Positions 12,433-22,980 of a DNA stretch of 64,000 nucleotides are shown in pieces. The notes below the pieces were generated by a model that ran no database searches, had not been told where the DNA came from, and was given only the letters and a program-made list of their open reading frames with translations. The stretch lies in the NCBI RefSeq assembly GCF_056712565.1, contig NZ_CM160072.1. The stretch is one strand, 5' to 3'. The number at the start of each line of letters is the position of its first letter. Position 1 is the first letter of the stretch. Both the position numbers and the translations under genes were made by a program.

Positions 12433-13568
12433 CAGAACACCCTTTTACCCTGACGCCAGACGTGGTCGATATGAATGTGGTTGCCCTTGCGATGCGCCAG
12501 CACCAGGTCGGCGCGTTTGCCCTCGCCAATCACCCCGCGATCCTGAAGATTAAGCGCCTGCGCCGGATTTTTAGTCACCAGCTTCACCGCCTGCGGCAGC
12601 GTAAAGCGGTTGCTCTCGTCATCGGCGACGCGAAATGCCGCATCGAGCAGGCTGGCGGGGTAGTAGTCGGAAGAGAGGATATCCAGCAGGCCAAGCTGTG
12701 CCAGTTCACTGGCCGCCACGTTGCCGGAGTGCGAACCGCCGCGCACGATATTCGGCGCGCCCATCAGTACGTTCATGCCATGCTTGCGCGAGGCTTCTGC
12801 CGCTTCGAACGTGGTGGGAAATTCGGCGATCACGCTGCCAAGCTGGTGGGATTCGGCAACGTGGGCGTGCGTGGCGTCATCGTGGCTGGCGAGGGCAATG
12901 TGTCGCGCGCGGCACATTGCGGCGATAGTTTCGCGATTAGGCTGTGACCAGCGTGCGGCAAGCGCCAGTTGCTCCTCTTCGTACTGTTGCATCTGCGCAT
13001 CGGTGAGCGAGTATTTGCCCTGATAATATTCACGATATTTTTCGCGGTTGGCGAACTGGCGCTGGCCCGGTGAGTGATCCATCAGCGACACCAGCGTTAC
13101 CAGTTCGCGCTGTACCAGTTTTTCAAACAGCGGCAGCGTGGTGTGATGCGGCAGTTCGCAGCGTAGGTGCAGACGGTGCTCGGCACGGTTGACGCCGCGT
13201 TTCTGCGTCTCTTCGATGGCGTTGATCATCTTCTCCAGATTCTCCAGCCGATCGCCGCCGTCGCGTACATCACCAATCGCCACGGCGTCCAGCACGGTGG
13301 TGATGCCGCTCGCCACCATCAGCGCGTCGTGGCTGCTCATCGCCGAGTGGGCTGGCCAGTCAACTTTCGGGCGCGGGGTGAAGAATTTATCCAGATTATC
13401 GGTATGCAGCTCAATCAGCCCCGGTAGCAGCCAGCCGCCTTCGCCGTCCATTGCTTCTGACAGGTGACTCTGGCTTTCGGCAAAGGCGCGGATTTCGCCG
13501 TCCTGCATCTCCAGAGAACCGTGTACCACCTCGTTTTCCAGCACCAGTTTGACGTTATTGATAATCAT
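12432..13568 (-). CDS. phnM: Amidohydrolase-family PhnM (RPnTP diphosphatase)
   Basis: 378-aa ORF; metal-dependent hydrolase motifs; operon position. Confidence 0.92.
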
Positions 13569-14245
13569 GAAGAGACTCCCATTGGGTGCAGGCGGTCGGC
13601 GACTTGCTCGCGCACGGTTTCGTCATGGAAGATACCGACGATGGCCGCGCCGCGGGCTTTGGCTTCGCGGATCAGTTCCACTACGGCGGCGCTGTTTTTA
13701 GCGTCCAGCGAGGCGGTAGGTTCGTCGAGCAGCAGAATGGGGTAGTCGACGATAAAGCCACGGGCGATGTTGACACGCTGCTGTTCGCCGCCGGAGAAGG
13801 TCGATGGTGCCAGGTGCCACAGGCGTTCAGGCACGTTCAGGTGGGTGAGGAGACGCGCGGCTTTAGCGGCGCAGGCTTCACGCGGTACGCCGGTATCGAG
13901 CAGCGGCTGCATCACCACTTCCAGTGCCGAAATACGTGGGATGACGCGCAGAAACTGGCTTACCCAGCCGACAGTGGTTTTGCGGATCTCCACCACTTTG
14001 CGCGCTGGCGCGGTGACCAGGTCGACCCATTCATCACCGTGTTTGATCTGGATTTGCCCTTCGTCGGGTAGATAGTTGGCATACAGCGAGCGTAGCAGAG
14101 TTGATTTTCCACTGCCGGAATGGCCGTGGAGTACCACGCATTCGCCGGCGTTGACGGTGAGTGAGGCGCCTTGTAATACAGGCAGGCGCACGCCGTTTTG
14201 CTGGTGCAGGATGAAGGTTTTACTGACGTTTTGTACGTTAATCAT
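13565..14245 (-). CDS. phnL: C-P lyase ATP-binding subunit PhnL
   Basis: ORF 13565..14359; start at MINVQNVSK (cat at 14243-14245); ABC ATPase motifs. Confidence 0.9.
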   Translation of the reverse strand: MINVQNVSKTFILHQQNGVRLPVLQGASLTVNAGECVVLHGHSGSGKSTLLRSLYANYLPDEGQIQIKHGDEWVDLVTAPARKVVEIRKTTVGWVSQFLRVIPRISALEVVMQPLLDTGVPREACAAKAARLLTHLNVPERLWHLAPSTFSGGEQQRVNIARGFIVDYPILLLDEPTASLDAKNSAAVVELIREAKARGAAIVGIFHDETVREQVADRLHPMGVSS

Positions 14246-14267
14246 TTTTCGCCTCGTGGTTCGGGTG

Positions 14268-14351
<84 letters not shown>

Positions 14352-14355
14352 CAGC

Positions 14356-15114
14356 TCAATTCTGCAAAACCGATGACACCAGCAACTGGGTATACGGATG
14401 GTGCGGGTCGTCGAGCACGCGGTCGGTTAACCCACTCTCCACCACTTTCCCTTGCTTCATTACCAGCAAACGGTCCGCCAGCAGACGGGCGACGCCTAAA
14501 TCGTGGGTGACAATCACCACCGCCAGGTTAAGCTCCATCACCAGACCGCGGAGCAGGTCCAGCAGGCGCGCCTGTACCGACACATCCAGCCCGCCAGTGG
14601 GTTCATCCATAAACACCAGCTTCGGATGCGTCACCAGGTTGCGGGCAATCTGCAAACGTTGCTGCATGCCGCCGGAAAAGGTGGTCGGCAGGTCGTCGAT
14701 CCGGTTGGCGGGAATCTCCACCTCTTCCAGCCATTTCTGCGCGGTGGCGCGAATATCGCCGTAATGACGCGCTCCGGTTGCCATCAACCGTTCGCCGATA
14801 TTGCCGCCTGCCGACACCTGGCGGCGCAGGCCGTCAAGCGGATGCTGATGCACCACACCCCATTCGGTGCGCAGCAGGCGACGGCGGTCGGCCTCGCTCA
14901 TCGCGTACAGCGAACGGTTCTCGTAGCGAATTTCCCCTTGCTGTGGTGTCAGGCGGGCGGAGATCGACTTCAGCAGCGTGGTCTTCCCGGAGCCGGACTC
15001 CCCAACAATGCCCAGAACTTCTCCCGGCCATAAATCAAAAGAGACATCGCTGAAGCCTTTGCCCGGGGCATAAAGGTGGGTCAGGTTATTGACCGAAAGT
15101 AACGGTTGATTCAT
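14356..15114 (-). CDS. phnK: C-P lyase ATP-binding subunit PhnK
   Basis: ORF 14356..15144; start at [11 protein letters not shown]; Walker [10 protein letters not shown]. Confidence 0.92.
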   Translation of the reverse strand: MNQPLLSVNNLTHLYAPGKGFSDVSFDLWPGEVLGIVGESGSGKTTLLKSISARLTPQQGEIRYENRSLYAMSEADRRRLLRTEWGVVHQHPLDGLRRQVSAGGNIGERLMATGARHYGDIRATAQKWLEEVEIPANRIDDLPTTFSGGMQQRLQIARNLVTHPKLVFMDEPTGGLDVSVQARLLDLLRGLVMELNLAVVIVTHDLGVARLLADRLLVMKQGKVVESGLTDRVLDDPHHPYTQLLVSSVLQN

Positions 15115-15956
15115 TGGCTTTTGGCCTCGTTCTGTTGGCGGCAATAATCGGTATCGGAGCAGACAAACATGCGGTTTCCGGCGTCATCCAGCACCACTTC
15201 GTCGAGGTAACTGTGGGTCGATCCGCAGATGGCGCATGGTTCATCCCACTGCTGGACGGTGAACGGATGATCATCGAAATCGAGGCTTTCCACGCGGGTA
15301 AACGGTGGCACGGCATAGATGCGCTTCTCGCGCCCCGCGCCAAACAGTTGCAGGGCGGGCATCATGTCCATTTTCGGGTTATCGAATTTCGGGATCGGCG
15401 ACGGGTCCATTACGTAGCGCCCGTTCACCTTCACCGGATAGGCGTAGGTGGTGGCGATATGACCGAAGCGGGCGATATCTTCATACAGTTTCACCTGCAT
15501 CACGCCGTACTCCTCCAGCGCGTGCATGGTGCGCGTTTCCGTCTCACGCGGCTCAATAAAGCGCAGCGGTTCGGGGATCGGCACCTGGAAGATAATGATC
15601 TGATCTTCGGTCAGCGGCGTTTCGGGTATGCGGTGACGCGTCTGGATAAGTGTCGCATCGTCCGTGCGCTCGGTGGTGTTCACCCCGGTCACGCGCTTAA
15701 AGAAGTTACGAATCGACACGGCGTTGGTGGTATCGTCTGCGCCCTGGTCAATCACCTTCAACACGTCGCTTTCGCCAATCACGCTGGCGGTGAGCTGAAT
15801 GCCGCCGGTTCCCCAGCCGTAGGGCATCGGCATCTCGCGTCCGCCAAACGGCACCTGATAACCGGGGATTGCCACCGCTTTTAAGATAGCGCGGCGGATC
15901 ATGCGTTTGGTCTGCTCGTCGAGGTAAGCAAAGTTGTAGCCGCTCAGATTAGCCAT
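15111..15956 (-). CDS. phnJ: C-P lyase catalytic subunit PhnJ (radical SAM-like)
   Basis: ORF 15111..16145; start at MANLSGYNFAYLDEQ; C-terminal Cys cluster CAICGSTHSYLDE. Confidence 0.92.
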   Translation of the reverse strand: MANLSGYNFAYLDEQTKRMIRRAILKAVAIPGYQVPFGGREMPMPYGWGTGGIQLTASVIGESDVLKVIDQGADDTTNAVSIRNFFKRVTGVNTTERTDDATLIQTRHRIPETPLTEDQIIIFQVPIPEPLRFIEPRETETRTMHALEEYGVMQVKLYEDIARFGHIATTYAYPVKVNGRYVMDPSPIPKFDNPKMDMMPALQLFGAGREKRIYAVPPFTRVESLDFDDHPFTVQQWDEPCAICGSTHSYLDEVVLDDAGNRMFVCSDTDYCRQQNEAKSQ

Positions 15957-17013
15957 GGTTCTGCTCCTGTTGCAGACGTTTGAGTAGCTCCAGTTCGGCC
16001 TGGAAATCGACGTAGTGCGGGAGTTTGAGATGCGAAACAAAGCCTGCGGCTTCGACGTTGTCGGCATGGGCCAGCACGAACTCTTCATCCTGTGCCGGAC
16101 CTGTTGCGTGCTCGCCGTATTCCGGTGCCTGCAACGCACGGTCAACCAGCGCCATCGCCATTGCTTTGCGCTCGCTCATGCCGAACACCAGCCCATAGCC
16201 GCGTGTAAAATGCGGTGGTTCATCCGGCGGGTCGATAAAACCGTTGACCATTTCACACTCGGTCATCAACAATTCGCCGACGTTCACCGCAAATCCCAGC
16301 TCTTCCGGCACAATAAATATATCGATATAGCCACTGCGAATTTCGCCTGCGAACGGGTGATTGCGCCCGTAACCGCGTTGGGTGGAGTAGGCCAGCGCCA
16401 ACAAATAGCCTTCGTCACCGCGCATTAATTGTTGTAGACGGGAAGAACGCGAACAGGGATAAACCGGCGGCGTGCGGGTGATGTCGTCCGGTTGTGCGCC
16501 GCTATCTTCTTCAAACTTCGCCAGCCCCTGACGCGCCAGCAGGCTGAAGACGTGTGGCGACGGTTGCTGTTCGCTGTCAGCGGTGGTCAGCGTTGGCGTT
16601 TCGCCGTTTGCCAGCAGGGTGAAATCGAGCAGGCGATGGGTGTAGTCGTAGGTGGGGCCAAGCAGTTGGCCGCCGGGAATGTCTTTATAAATTGCTGAAA
16701 TACGCCGTTCGAGACGCATCCCGGTGGTGTCGAGCGGCTCACTGACCGCCAGCTTCGCCAGCGTGGTGCGGTAGGCGCGCAACAGGAAAATCGCTTCGAC
16801 GTTATCGCCGCTGGCCTGTTTCAGCGCCAGCGCGGCCAGCTCGCGGTCGGCAATACCGCCTTCGGTCATCACGCGATCTACCGCGAGGTTAAGCTGCTGT
16901 TCAATCTGGGCGACGCTCAGTTCAGGCAAATCAGTATCGCCCCGGCGTCGGCTCTCTTGCAGGGCGTGGGCGGCGTCGATCGCCTTTTCGCCCCCTTTCA
17001 CGGCAACGTACAT
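15949..17013 (-). CDS. phnI: C-P lyase core subunit PhnI
   Basis: ORF 15949..17019; start at [16 protein letters not shown]. Confidence 0.92.
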   Translation of the reverse strand: MYVAVKGGEKAIDAAHALQESRRRGDTDLPELSVAQIEQQLNLAVDRVMTEGGIADRELAALALKQASGDNVEAIFLLRAYRTTLAKLAVSEPLDTTGMRLERRISAIYKDIPGGQLLGPTYDYTHRLLDFTLLANGETPTLTTADSEQQPSPHVFSLLARQGLAKFEEDSGAQPDDITRTPPVYPCSRSSRLQQLMRGDEGYLLALAYSTQRGYGRNHPFAGEIRSGYIDIFIVPEELGFAVNVGELLMTECEMVNGFIDPPDEPPHFTRGYGLVFGMSERKAMAMALVDRALQAPEYGEHATGPAQDEEFVLAHADNVEAAGFVSHLKLPHYVDFQAELELLKRLQQEQNHG

Positions 17014-17597
17014 CAGCACACCTCCACATGAGTGGTTCGCGGAATAGCCAGCAGGCGCTCGCCGCAGGTCAGGATCAGGTCGATGCCGAGCGGGAACGGG
17101 TGCGGGCGCTCGGTAAGTTCATGAAGAATGCACTTTGGCAGTTGCGGGGCGATCATCCGTTCTTCGGCAATACCTGCGCCGGTGAGGCGCAACATACGCC
17201 CACCGCTCAGGCTGGTGACCTGTAAAATCAGCGTTGCGCCCGCTTCTGGTGCAACGGCAGTGCCGGTGGAAAGGGCGTTGAGCTGCTCGCTGGAGATCGC
17301 CTCATCTGTTACCGCGAAGGTCGCCTGTTTCGGCTGATTAACCAGCGGCGCGTTGGTATGAAAACGCAGGCTCTGATTGACGATATCGTTGCTCAATGGC
17401 GCGGCAAGCCACACCGGCGTGTCGTTATCGGCCAGCGTCAGCAGCACGCTGGTGGTGGCGATATTCAGCGGCTGCCAGCCGCGCTTGAGCTGATGCAGGG
17501 CGACAATCACGCCCGGCTCGCTCATGGCCTTTAACAGGCGACGAAAACTGTGTTGGGCATCCTGCACGGGAAGCATAAAAGCGGTTTCCAGGGTCAT
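17013..17597 (-). CDS. phnH: C-P lyase core subunit PhnH
   Basis: 194-aa ORF; operon position. Confidence 0.9.
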   Translation of the reverse strand: MTLETAFMLPVQDAQHSFRRLLKAMSEPGVIVALHQLKRGWQPLNIATTSVLLTLADNDTPVWLAAPLSNDIVNQSLRFHTNAPLVNQPKQATFAVTDEAISSEQLNALSTGTAVAPEAGATLILQVTSLSGGRMLRLTGAGIAEERMIAPQLPKCILHELTERPHPFPLGIDLILTCGERLLAIPRTTHVEVC

Positions 17598-18046
17598 GCG
17601 TTGTCTCCGCGAACCATCGTAAAGAAGTCGACCCGGCTGGCGTTCACTTCGGCCTGGCGCGCGGCAATGCGTGCCATACGGTCAGCGTCCAGCGGGGTGA
17701 TAAGGGTTTCTGATAAGTTTTGAAAGTGGCGGTTTTGCTGCATCAGCGCATCAATCAGCGCACAACGTTCGGCGTGCTGTTTGTCGCGCCCCAGCACCCA
17801 GCTATAGCCGAGCGTGCCGTCAGTCAGACGCACGGCGGCGCGGGTGAGCGTGGCGTCGCCAGCAAAAAAGCGTTCGCCGGTGCCGCCCATTCGCGCCTGA
17901 ATCTGCACCAGGCCAGTTTCAGCGGCGCGGATCACCTCATAATCGGCGTTGATGTTCAGCGCGTTCAGGCGGGCTGCCAGTTCAGCCGGTTGGCTGTGCG
18001 CCAGCACGGACATCCAGTGCTGGCGGGTCGCGGTATCTGCGTGCAT
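17594..18046 (-). CDS. phnG: C-P lyase core subunit PhnG
   Basis: 150-aa ORF; operon position. Confidence 0.9.
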   Translation of the reverse strand: MHADTATRQHWMSVLAHSQPAELAARLNALNINADYEVIRAAETGLVQIQARMGGTGERFFAGDATLTRAAVRLTDGTLGYSWVLGRDKQHAERCALIDALMQQNRHFQNLSETLITPLDADRMARIAARQAEVNASRVDFFTMVRGDNA

Positions 18047-18772
18047 TCAGTGCTCCATAGTGAATTCAATCATGTCGGCGCGCGTCAGGCTGACGGAGTA
18101 CTCCGCCGGGCTGCTTTCACCGTCACGGTGGTTAAGGGTGCGCACGCACAGCAGCGGCGACATATTCGGGATTTCAAGACGCTGGCACTCTTTGGCCTGG
18201 GCGCGGCGGGCGCTGATCCGCGTCTGGCTGCGTCGTAGCGTAATCCCCGTTTGCTCGCGCAGAAAATCGTGCAGCGAACCGCTGTCGAAACGTTGCAGCG
18301 TCGGCCAGAGGGTGAGGTCCGCAAAGTAGTGGTCGATTAAACAGAGCGCGACGCCGTTGACCCGACGCAGGGTGCGCAGGTGGATGACGTTCTCCCCCTC
18401 GGTTATCCCCAGCGCGTCAGCGACGTGACCGGAGGCGGGGCGCAGCACCGATAGCAATTTTTCGCTGGTGGGATGGCTGCCCTGGTCCAGCAGGTTCTGG
18501 CTAAAACGCGCCTGGGCGTTGAGCGGGTAATCGAACGGGCGCATCAGCACCAGTACGCCGACGCCCTGACGGCGCTGTACCCAGCCTTTTTCCACCAGTT
18601 GGTCGATGGCGCGGCGCAGGGTGTGGCGGTTCACCTCAAAGCGCGCCGCCAGTTGCTGCTCGGCGGGAAGATAGTCGCCGCAGCGGTAGTGTTGACGAAG
18701 CTCCTGCTCAAGTTTTGCGGCTATCTCCTGATAGCGTGTTGGGTAGCTGGTCGGATGTGTAGACAAGTGCAT
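18047..18772 (-). CDS. phnF: GntR-family repressor PhnF
   Basis: ORF 18047..18781; start at MHLSTHPTSYPTRYQEIAAKL; HTH + UTRA-like C-terminus. Confidence 0.9.
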   Translation of the reverse strand: MHLSTHPTSYPTRYQEIAAKLEQELRQHYRCGDYLPAEQQLAARFEVNRHTLRRAIDQLVEKGWVQRRQGVGVLVLMRPFDYPLNAQARFSQNLLDQGSHPTSEKLLSVLRPASGHVADALGITEGENVIHLRTLRRVNGVALCLIDHYFADLTLWPTLQRFDSGSLHDFLREQTGITLRRSQTRISARRAQAKECQRLEIPNMSPLLCVRTLNHRDGESSPAEYSVSLTRADMIEFTMEH

Positions 18773-18792
18773 AGCCATCAATGCCTCGCTTA

Positions 18793-19572
18793 TCAGATAA
18801 AGTGCTTACGCAACCGTTGAGAGAGGAAATCCAGCAGGCTGACCGTGACGATGATGAGCACCATCAGGGCGCAGGTTTGCTGGAACTGGAAACCGCGAAT
18901 CGCTTCCCACAGCGTGACGCCGATCCCGCTCGCGCCAACCATACCGACGACGGTCGCCGAGCGGACGTTGGATTCGAAGCGATAGAGAGAGTAGGAAATC
19001 AGCAGCGGCATGACCTGCGGTAGTACGCCGTAGAGGATCTCTTCCAGCTTGTTGGCACCGGTAGCGCGAATGCCCTCCACCGGGCCGGGTTCAATCGCTT
19101 CTACCGCTTCGGAAAGCAGTTTGGAAAGTACGCCGGTGGTGTGGATAAACAGCGCCAGCACGCCAGCGAACGGGCCGAGGCCGACGGCGACCACGAACAG
19201 CATGGCGAAGACTATTTCGTTAATGGCGCGGCAGGCGTCCATCAGGCGGCGTACAGGTTGGTAGACCCACCACGGTACCAGGTTTTCAGCGCTCATCAGG
19301 CCGAAGGGGATGGAGAGAACCACCGCCAGCGCGGTGCCCCAGACGGCGATTTGCAGCGTGACGGCCATTTCGGTGAGGTAATCCTGCCACTGGCTGAAAT
19401 CGGGCGGGAAGAAGTCGGCGGCGAACGTCGCCATGTTGCCGCCATCTTTAATCAGCGTAAGCGGTGCCATTTCCGCGCCCTGCCACGAGACGACCAGCAC
19501 GGCGATAACAACGGCCCAGCTCAGAAGCGAGAACCAGCTGCGCTTGGGTGGGGCGATGGTGATGGTTTGCAT
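18793..19572 (-). CDS. phnE: Phosphonate ABC transporter permease PhnE, apparently intact
   Basis: Continuous ORF 18793..19635 with hydrophobic segments; start taken at MQTITIAP (cat 19570-19572); no frameshift. Confidence 0.88.
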   Translation of the reverse strand: MQTITIAPPKRSWFSLLSWAVVIAVLVVSWQGAEMAPLTLIKDGGNMATFAADFFPPDFSQWQDYLTEMAVTLQIAVWGTALAVVLSIPFGLMSAENLVPWWVYQPVRRLMDACRAINEIVFAMLFVVAVGLGPFAGVLALFIHTTGVLSKLLSEAVEAIEPGPVEGIRATGANKLEEILYGVLPQVMPLLISYSLYRFESNVRSATVVGMVGASGIGVTLWEAIRGFQFQQTCALMVLIIVTVSLLDFLSQRLRKHFI

Positions 19573-19587
19573 GTTTGGCTCCGGTCT

Positions 19588-19674
19588 GTAGGCCGGATAA
19601 GGTGCTTGCACCGCATCCGGCATCAACGTCTGCACATTGTCGGATGCGACGCCGGGGCGTCTTATCCGACCTAC
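19588..19674. repeat. BIME: two inverted REP units between phnE and phnD
   Basis: gtaggccggataaggtgcttgcaccgcatccggca and tcggatgcgacgccggggcgtcttatccgacctac. Confidence 0.8.
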
Positions 19675-19677
19675 GAT

Positions 19678-20694
19678 TTACTGCACCGCTTTACTCACCG
19701 AACTCATTGCGCTTAACGCGTTGTTCAGGCGGTCCAAATCATCCAGTTGCGCCTGAATGGCGGTGGTTTTTGCCAGCTTGTCCTGTTCGTTCAGCCCTTT
19801 GTTGTCCTTCACGCTTTGCATCTCTTTAAACAGCGCGAGCTGGCGAATCGGCACCAGTTGCAGGTCGCTGGAGGCGCGGAACGGCGCCCAGCCCAGGCGT
19901 TCCAGCACCGCTTTCTCTTCCGGCGTTTTGCCGTAGTTCATAAAGAAGTCGTAGATCTTGTCTTTGGTGGTTTCGGACAGATTTTTGCGCCAGACGATCG
20001 GATCGCCTGGGATCAGCGGCGATTTCCAGATCACCTTCAGTTCTTTGAGCTTCTCCGGCGCGGAGGTTTTCAGCTTGTCGAGGTTTTCGGTGTTATTGGT
20101 CGCCACATCCACTTGCTTGTTGGCGACGGCCAGCGCATTGGTTTCATGCCCGGCGTTGACGGTGCGCTTGAAGTCGCTGGCGGAGATATTGTTTTTAGCG
20201 AAGACGTAGTAACCGGGGACGAGGAAGCCGGAGGTAGAGTTAGGATCGCCATTGCCGAAGGTGAGATCTTTCCGCTTCGCCAGCAGATCGTTCAGGTTGT
20301 TGATCGGGCTATCTTTGTTGACGATCAACACGCTCCAGTAACCCGGCGATCCATCCGCCGCGACCGTCTGGGCGAAGACCTGGCCGTTGGCGCGATCCAC
20401 CGCTTCCATCGCCGACAGGTTGCCGTACCAGGCGATATCCACTTTATTGAAGCGCATCCCCTGGATAATGCCCGCGTAGTCCGGGGCAAAGAAGGCGTTG
20501 ACCTTTACGCCCAGCTTCTTCTCCATATCCTGTAAGAACGGCGTCCATTGCGGTTTCAGGTTTTGCTGTGATTCCGTTGAAATAATGCCGAAATTCAGCG
20601 CCTTTTCCTGCTCTTCGGCGTATGCCGGATTTAACAGGGTGCTGAGGCTGAACATGCTGGTGAAGGCCAGCGAGGCAATTATCTTAGCGTTCAT
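19678..20694 (-). CDS. phnD: Phosphonate ABC transporter periplasmic binding protein PhnD
   Basis: 338-aa ORF with signal peptide. Confidence 0.92.
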   Translation of the reverse strand: MNAKIIASLAFTSMFSLSTLLNPAYAEEQEKALNFGIISTESQQNLKPQWTPFLQDMEKKLGVKVNAFFAPDYAGIIQGMRFNKVDIAWYGNLSAMEAVDRANGQVFAQTVAADGSPGYWSVLIVNKDSPINNLNDLLAKRKDLTFGNGDPNSTSGFLVPGYYVFAKNNISASDFKRTVNAGHETNALAVANKQVDVATNNTENLDKLKTSAPEKLKELKVIWKSPLIPGDPIVWRKNLSETTKDKIYDFFMNYGKTPEEKAVLERLGWAPFRASSDLQLVPIRQLALFKEMQSVKDNKGLNEQDKLAKTTAIQAQLDDLDRLNNALSAMSSVSKAVQ

Positions 20695-20718
20695 TCGTTT
20701 TCCTCAATGATGGGGATG

Positions 20719-21507
20719 TCAGGCAGCTTTCGCGTTCTCTTCGACGCGGTTAATGCTGCGGTAGAGATGGTCAAAACGTTCGTTATCAAACTGTTGGCTG
20801 CAGCCGTCGTAGAAGACGTGCCCCTGGCGCAGGGCGACGATGCGTTCGCAGTAGCGCAGGGCGTAATCCACCTGATGCAGCGTGACGACCACGGTAATGC
20901 CGTCGTTCTGGTTGATGTCGCGCAGGGTGTCCATCACGATGCGTGCCGATTCCGGGTCCAGCGAGGCGATGGGTTCGTCAGCGAGAATGACCTTCGCCTG
21001 CTGCATCAGCGCGCGGGCAATCGCCACACGCTGTTGCTGGCCGCCGGAGAGTGTGGAAACGCGTTGATGGGCAAAGTGCACCATGCCAACGCGGGTCAGC
21101 GCCTGTAACGCGCGCTGTTTCTGCTCGCGGGTGAAGTAGCTAAAACAGGTTCGCCAGAATGGCGTGCTGCCGAGCGCGCCAATCAGCACGTTCTCCAGTA
21201 CGCTCAGGCGATTCACCAGGTTGAATTGTTGAAAGATGTAGCCGGTATGGGCGCGGCTTTTACGGATATCGCGGGCCAGACGGCCTTCGCGCTGGACAGT
21301 GCGGCCCAGCAGCTCGATATGGCTACCGACAGATTTATCGCCGGTAATCAAACCGCTTAAGTGACGTAAAAGGGTGGATTTTCCGGAACCCGACGGCCCA
21401 AGCAGAGCCACCATTTCACCATGATGAATGTTCAGATCAACCGCGTGCAGCGCCTGATGCTGATTGAAGGTTTTGGCGAGCTTCTCGACACGGATAATCG
21501 TTTGCAT
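20719..21507 (-). CDS. phnC: Phosphonate ABC transporter ATP-binding protein PhnC
   Basis: 262-aa ORF, Walker [10 protein letters not shown]; first gene of operon. Confidence 0.93.
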   Translation of the reverse strand: MQTIIRVEKLAKTFNQHQALHAVDLNIHHGEMVALLGPSGSGKSTLLRHLSGLITGDKSVGSHIELLGRTVQREGRLARDIRKSRAHTGYIFQQFNLVNRLSVLENVLIGALGSTPFWRTCFSYFTREQKQRALQALTRVGMVHFAHQRVSTLSGGQQQRVAIARALMQQAKVILADEPIASLDPESARIVMDTLRDINQNDGITVVVTLHQVDYALRYCERIVALRQGHVFYDGCSQQFDNERFDHLYRSINRVEENAKAA

Positions 21508-21544
21508 GATGCAGCCTCCCTAAAAAAGTGGCTCCATCGTGGCG

Positions 21545-21584
21545 GATTATTGTGACGATTTGGTTAATTAAAAGTGACTAACAG
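21545..21584 (-). promoter_or_regulatory. Putative PhoB-binding Pho box upstream of phnC
   Basis: On the minus strand CTGTTAG-TCAC-TTTTAAT-TAAC-CAAATCG-TCAC-AATAATC: 7-nt units spaced by 4 nt with ~11-bp periodicity, 40-80 nt upstream of the phnC ATG. Confidence 0.5.
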
Positions 21585-21639
21585 ATGAAGAGTTAACGGG
21601 AATTCGATGACAGTGCGGGAGGGTGGGCCTCCCGGCGGG

Positions 21640-22083
21640 TTATTGCGTTGGCTGTTGTTTGACGACATTAATCATCCACGGTACGCCAAATTTATCGGTG
21701 ACTTTGCCGAAGCCATGCGCCCAGAAAGTTTCCTGCCAGGCCATTTCGATTTTTCCGTTAGCGGCAAGGTTGTCAAACCAGCGTTTTCCTTCTTCGACCT
21801 GTTGCGAATCGAGCACCAGCGTAAAGCCGGAGTAGCTGGCTTTTCCTGACGGTATAGCATCGCTCATCATGATGTCGCTTCCTGCAATGCGCACGTTGGC
21901 ATGAGCGATGGCGGTATCGGGAAATTGCATTCCGGAAGGGCAGTTTTCGGCGCTGTCCTGCGCTGATTTCGGCATTTCGCCGAAGCTGATTTTATAGAGC
22001 AGTTCCGCGCCCAACGTACGTTGATAATAGGCAATCGCGTCGGAACAGTTACCGGCAAAAGAGAGGTAGGGACTTAACGGCAT
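21640..22083 (-). CDS. yjdN: PhnB-like / glyoxalase-fold protein YjdN
   Basis: 147-aa ORF MPLSPYLSFAGNCSDAIAYYQ... Confidence 0.85.
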   Translation of the reverse strand: MPLSPYLSFAGNCSDAIAYYQRTLGAELLYKISFGEMPKSAQDSAENCPSGMQFPDTAIAHANVRIAGSDIMMSDAIPSGKASYSGFTLVLDSQQVEEGKRWFDNLAANGKIEMAWQETFWAHGFGKVTDKFGVPWMINVVKQQPTQ

Positions 22084-22148
22084 GATGGTGACCTCAGTTA
22101 AGAGAAGCCCGTTAAGTGTAGTTCGAAATTTATACAGATGAGAGGGAA

Positions 22149-22228
<80 letters not shown>

Positions 22229-22242
22229 CGATCACAATACAA

Positions 22243-22578
22243 TCAGTTCTTTTTCACAAACTCAGATTTCAGTTTCATCGGACCAAAACCGTCGATTTTG
22301 CAATCGATGTTATGGTCGCCTTCAACCAGGCGGATGTTTTTCACTTTGGTGCCAATTTTCAGCATCGAAGAGCTACCTTTCACCTTCAGATCTTTAATGA
22401 TGGTCACGCTGTCGCCGTCAGCCAGCAGATTGCCGTTAGCATCTTTAACGATCAGCTCGTCGCTTTCCTGTGCAGGTTCTGCGTCGTTCCATTCGTAGGC
22501 ACATTCCGGGCAGATGTACATGCCGTTATCTTCGTAGGTGTATTCGGAGTTGCATTTTGGGCAGTGTGGTAATGACAT
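22243..22578 (-). CDS. yjdM: PhnA-family zinc-ribbon protein YjdM
   Basis: ORF 22243..22725; start at [30 protein letters not shown] (cat 22576-22578); CxxC...CxxC zinc ribbon. Confidence 0.88.
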
Positions 22579-22980
22579 GTGGATTTCCTCAAAAGTCAGC
22601 AGGGCAAAAGCGCCAAAAAACGGCAGATTGCCGAAAAAGGCCGCAATTATACACAAAATCCCTGAGTTTGTCGGGGGTACTGCTGATTTTAGACGACGAT
22701 CGTTTTCATTTGAAAGGAAACGCAAAAAGAAAATAATCTTTTTGCCTCCATTTATTATTTAAGATAAGGTTAATGCTCTACATGTTCTTTTTTTAATTCA
22801 AATGATATTTTTTATCTTTCTGACGTTTTAAACGTATCGGAAGACGTTATTTATTCTAATAAAAAACAACACTCTAAATATAAAATTATTTCTTGCAGTA
22901 ATTATAAAAGCCGAAAACAGAACTCAAAAACAATCTGGCTAAATAAAAGTAATAAAATTTGCTTTAAGGAAAAATTTTCT

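Noticed and set aside
15114-15884. Long ORFs antisense to phnJ, and similarly to phnD (19747..20535), adiA (35125..35967) and cadA (50750..51814)
   Set aside because: Each is fully contained in a recognised gene on the other strand and shows no recognisable domains.
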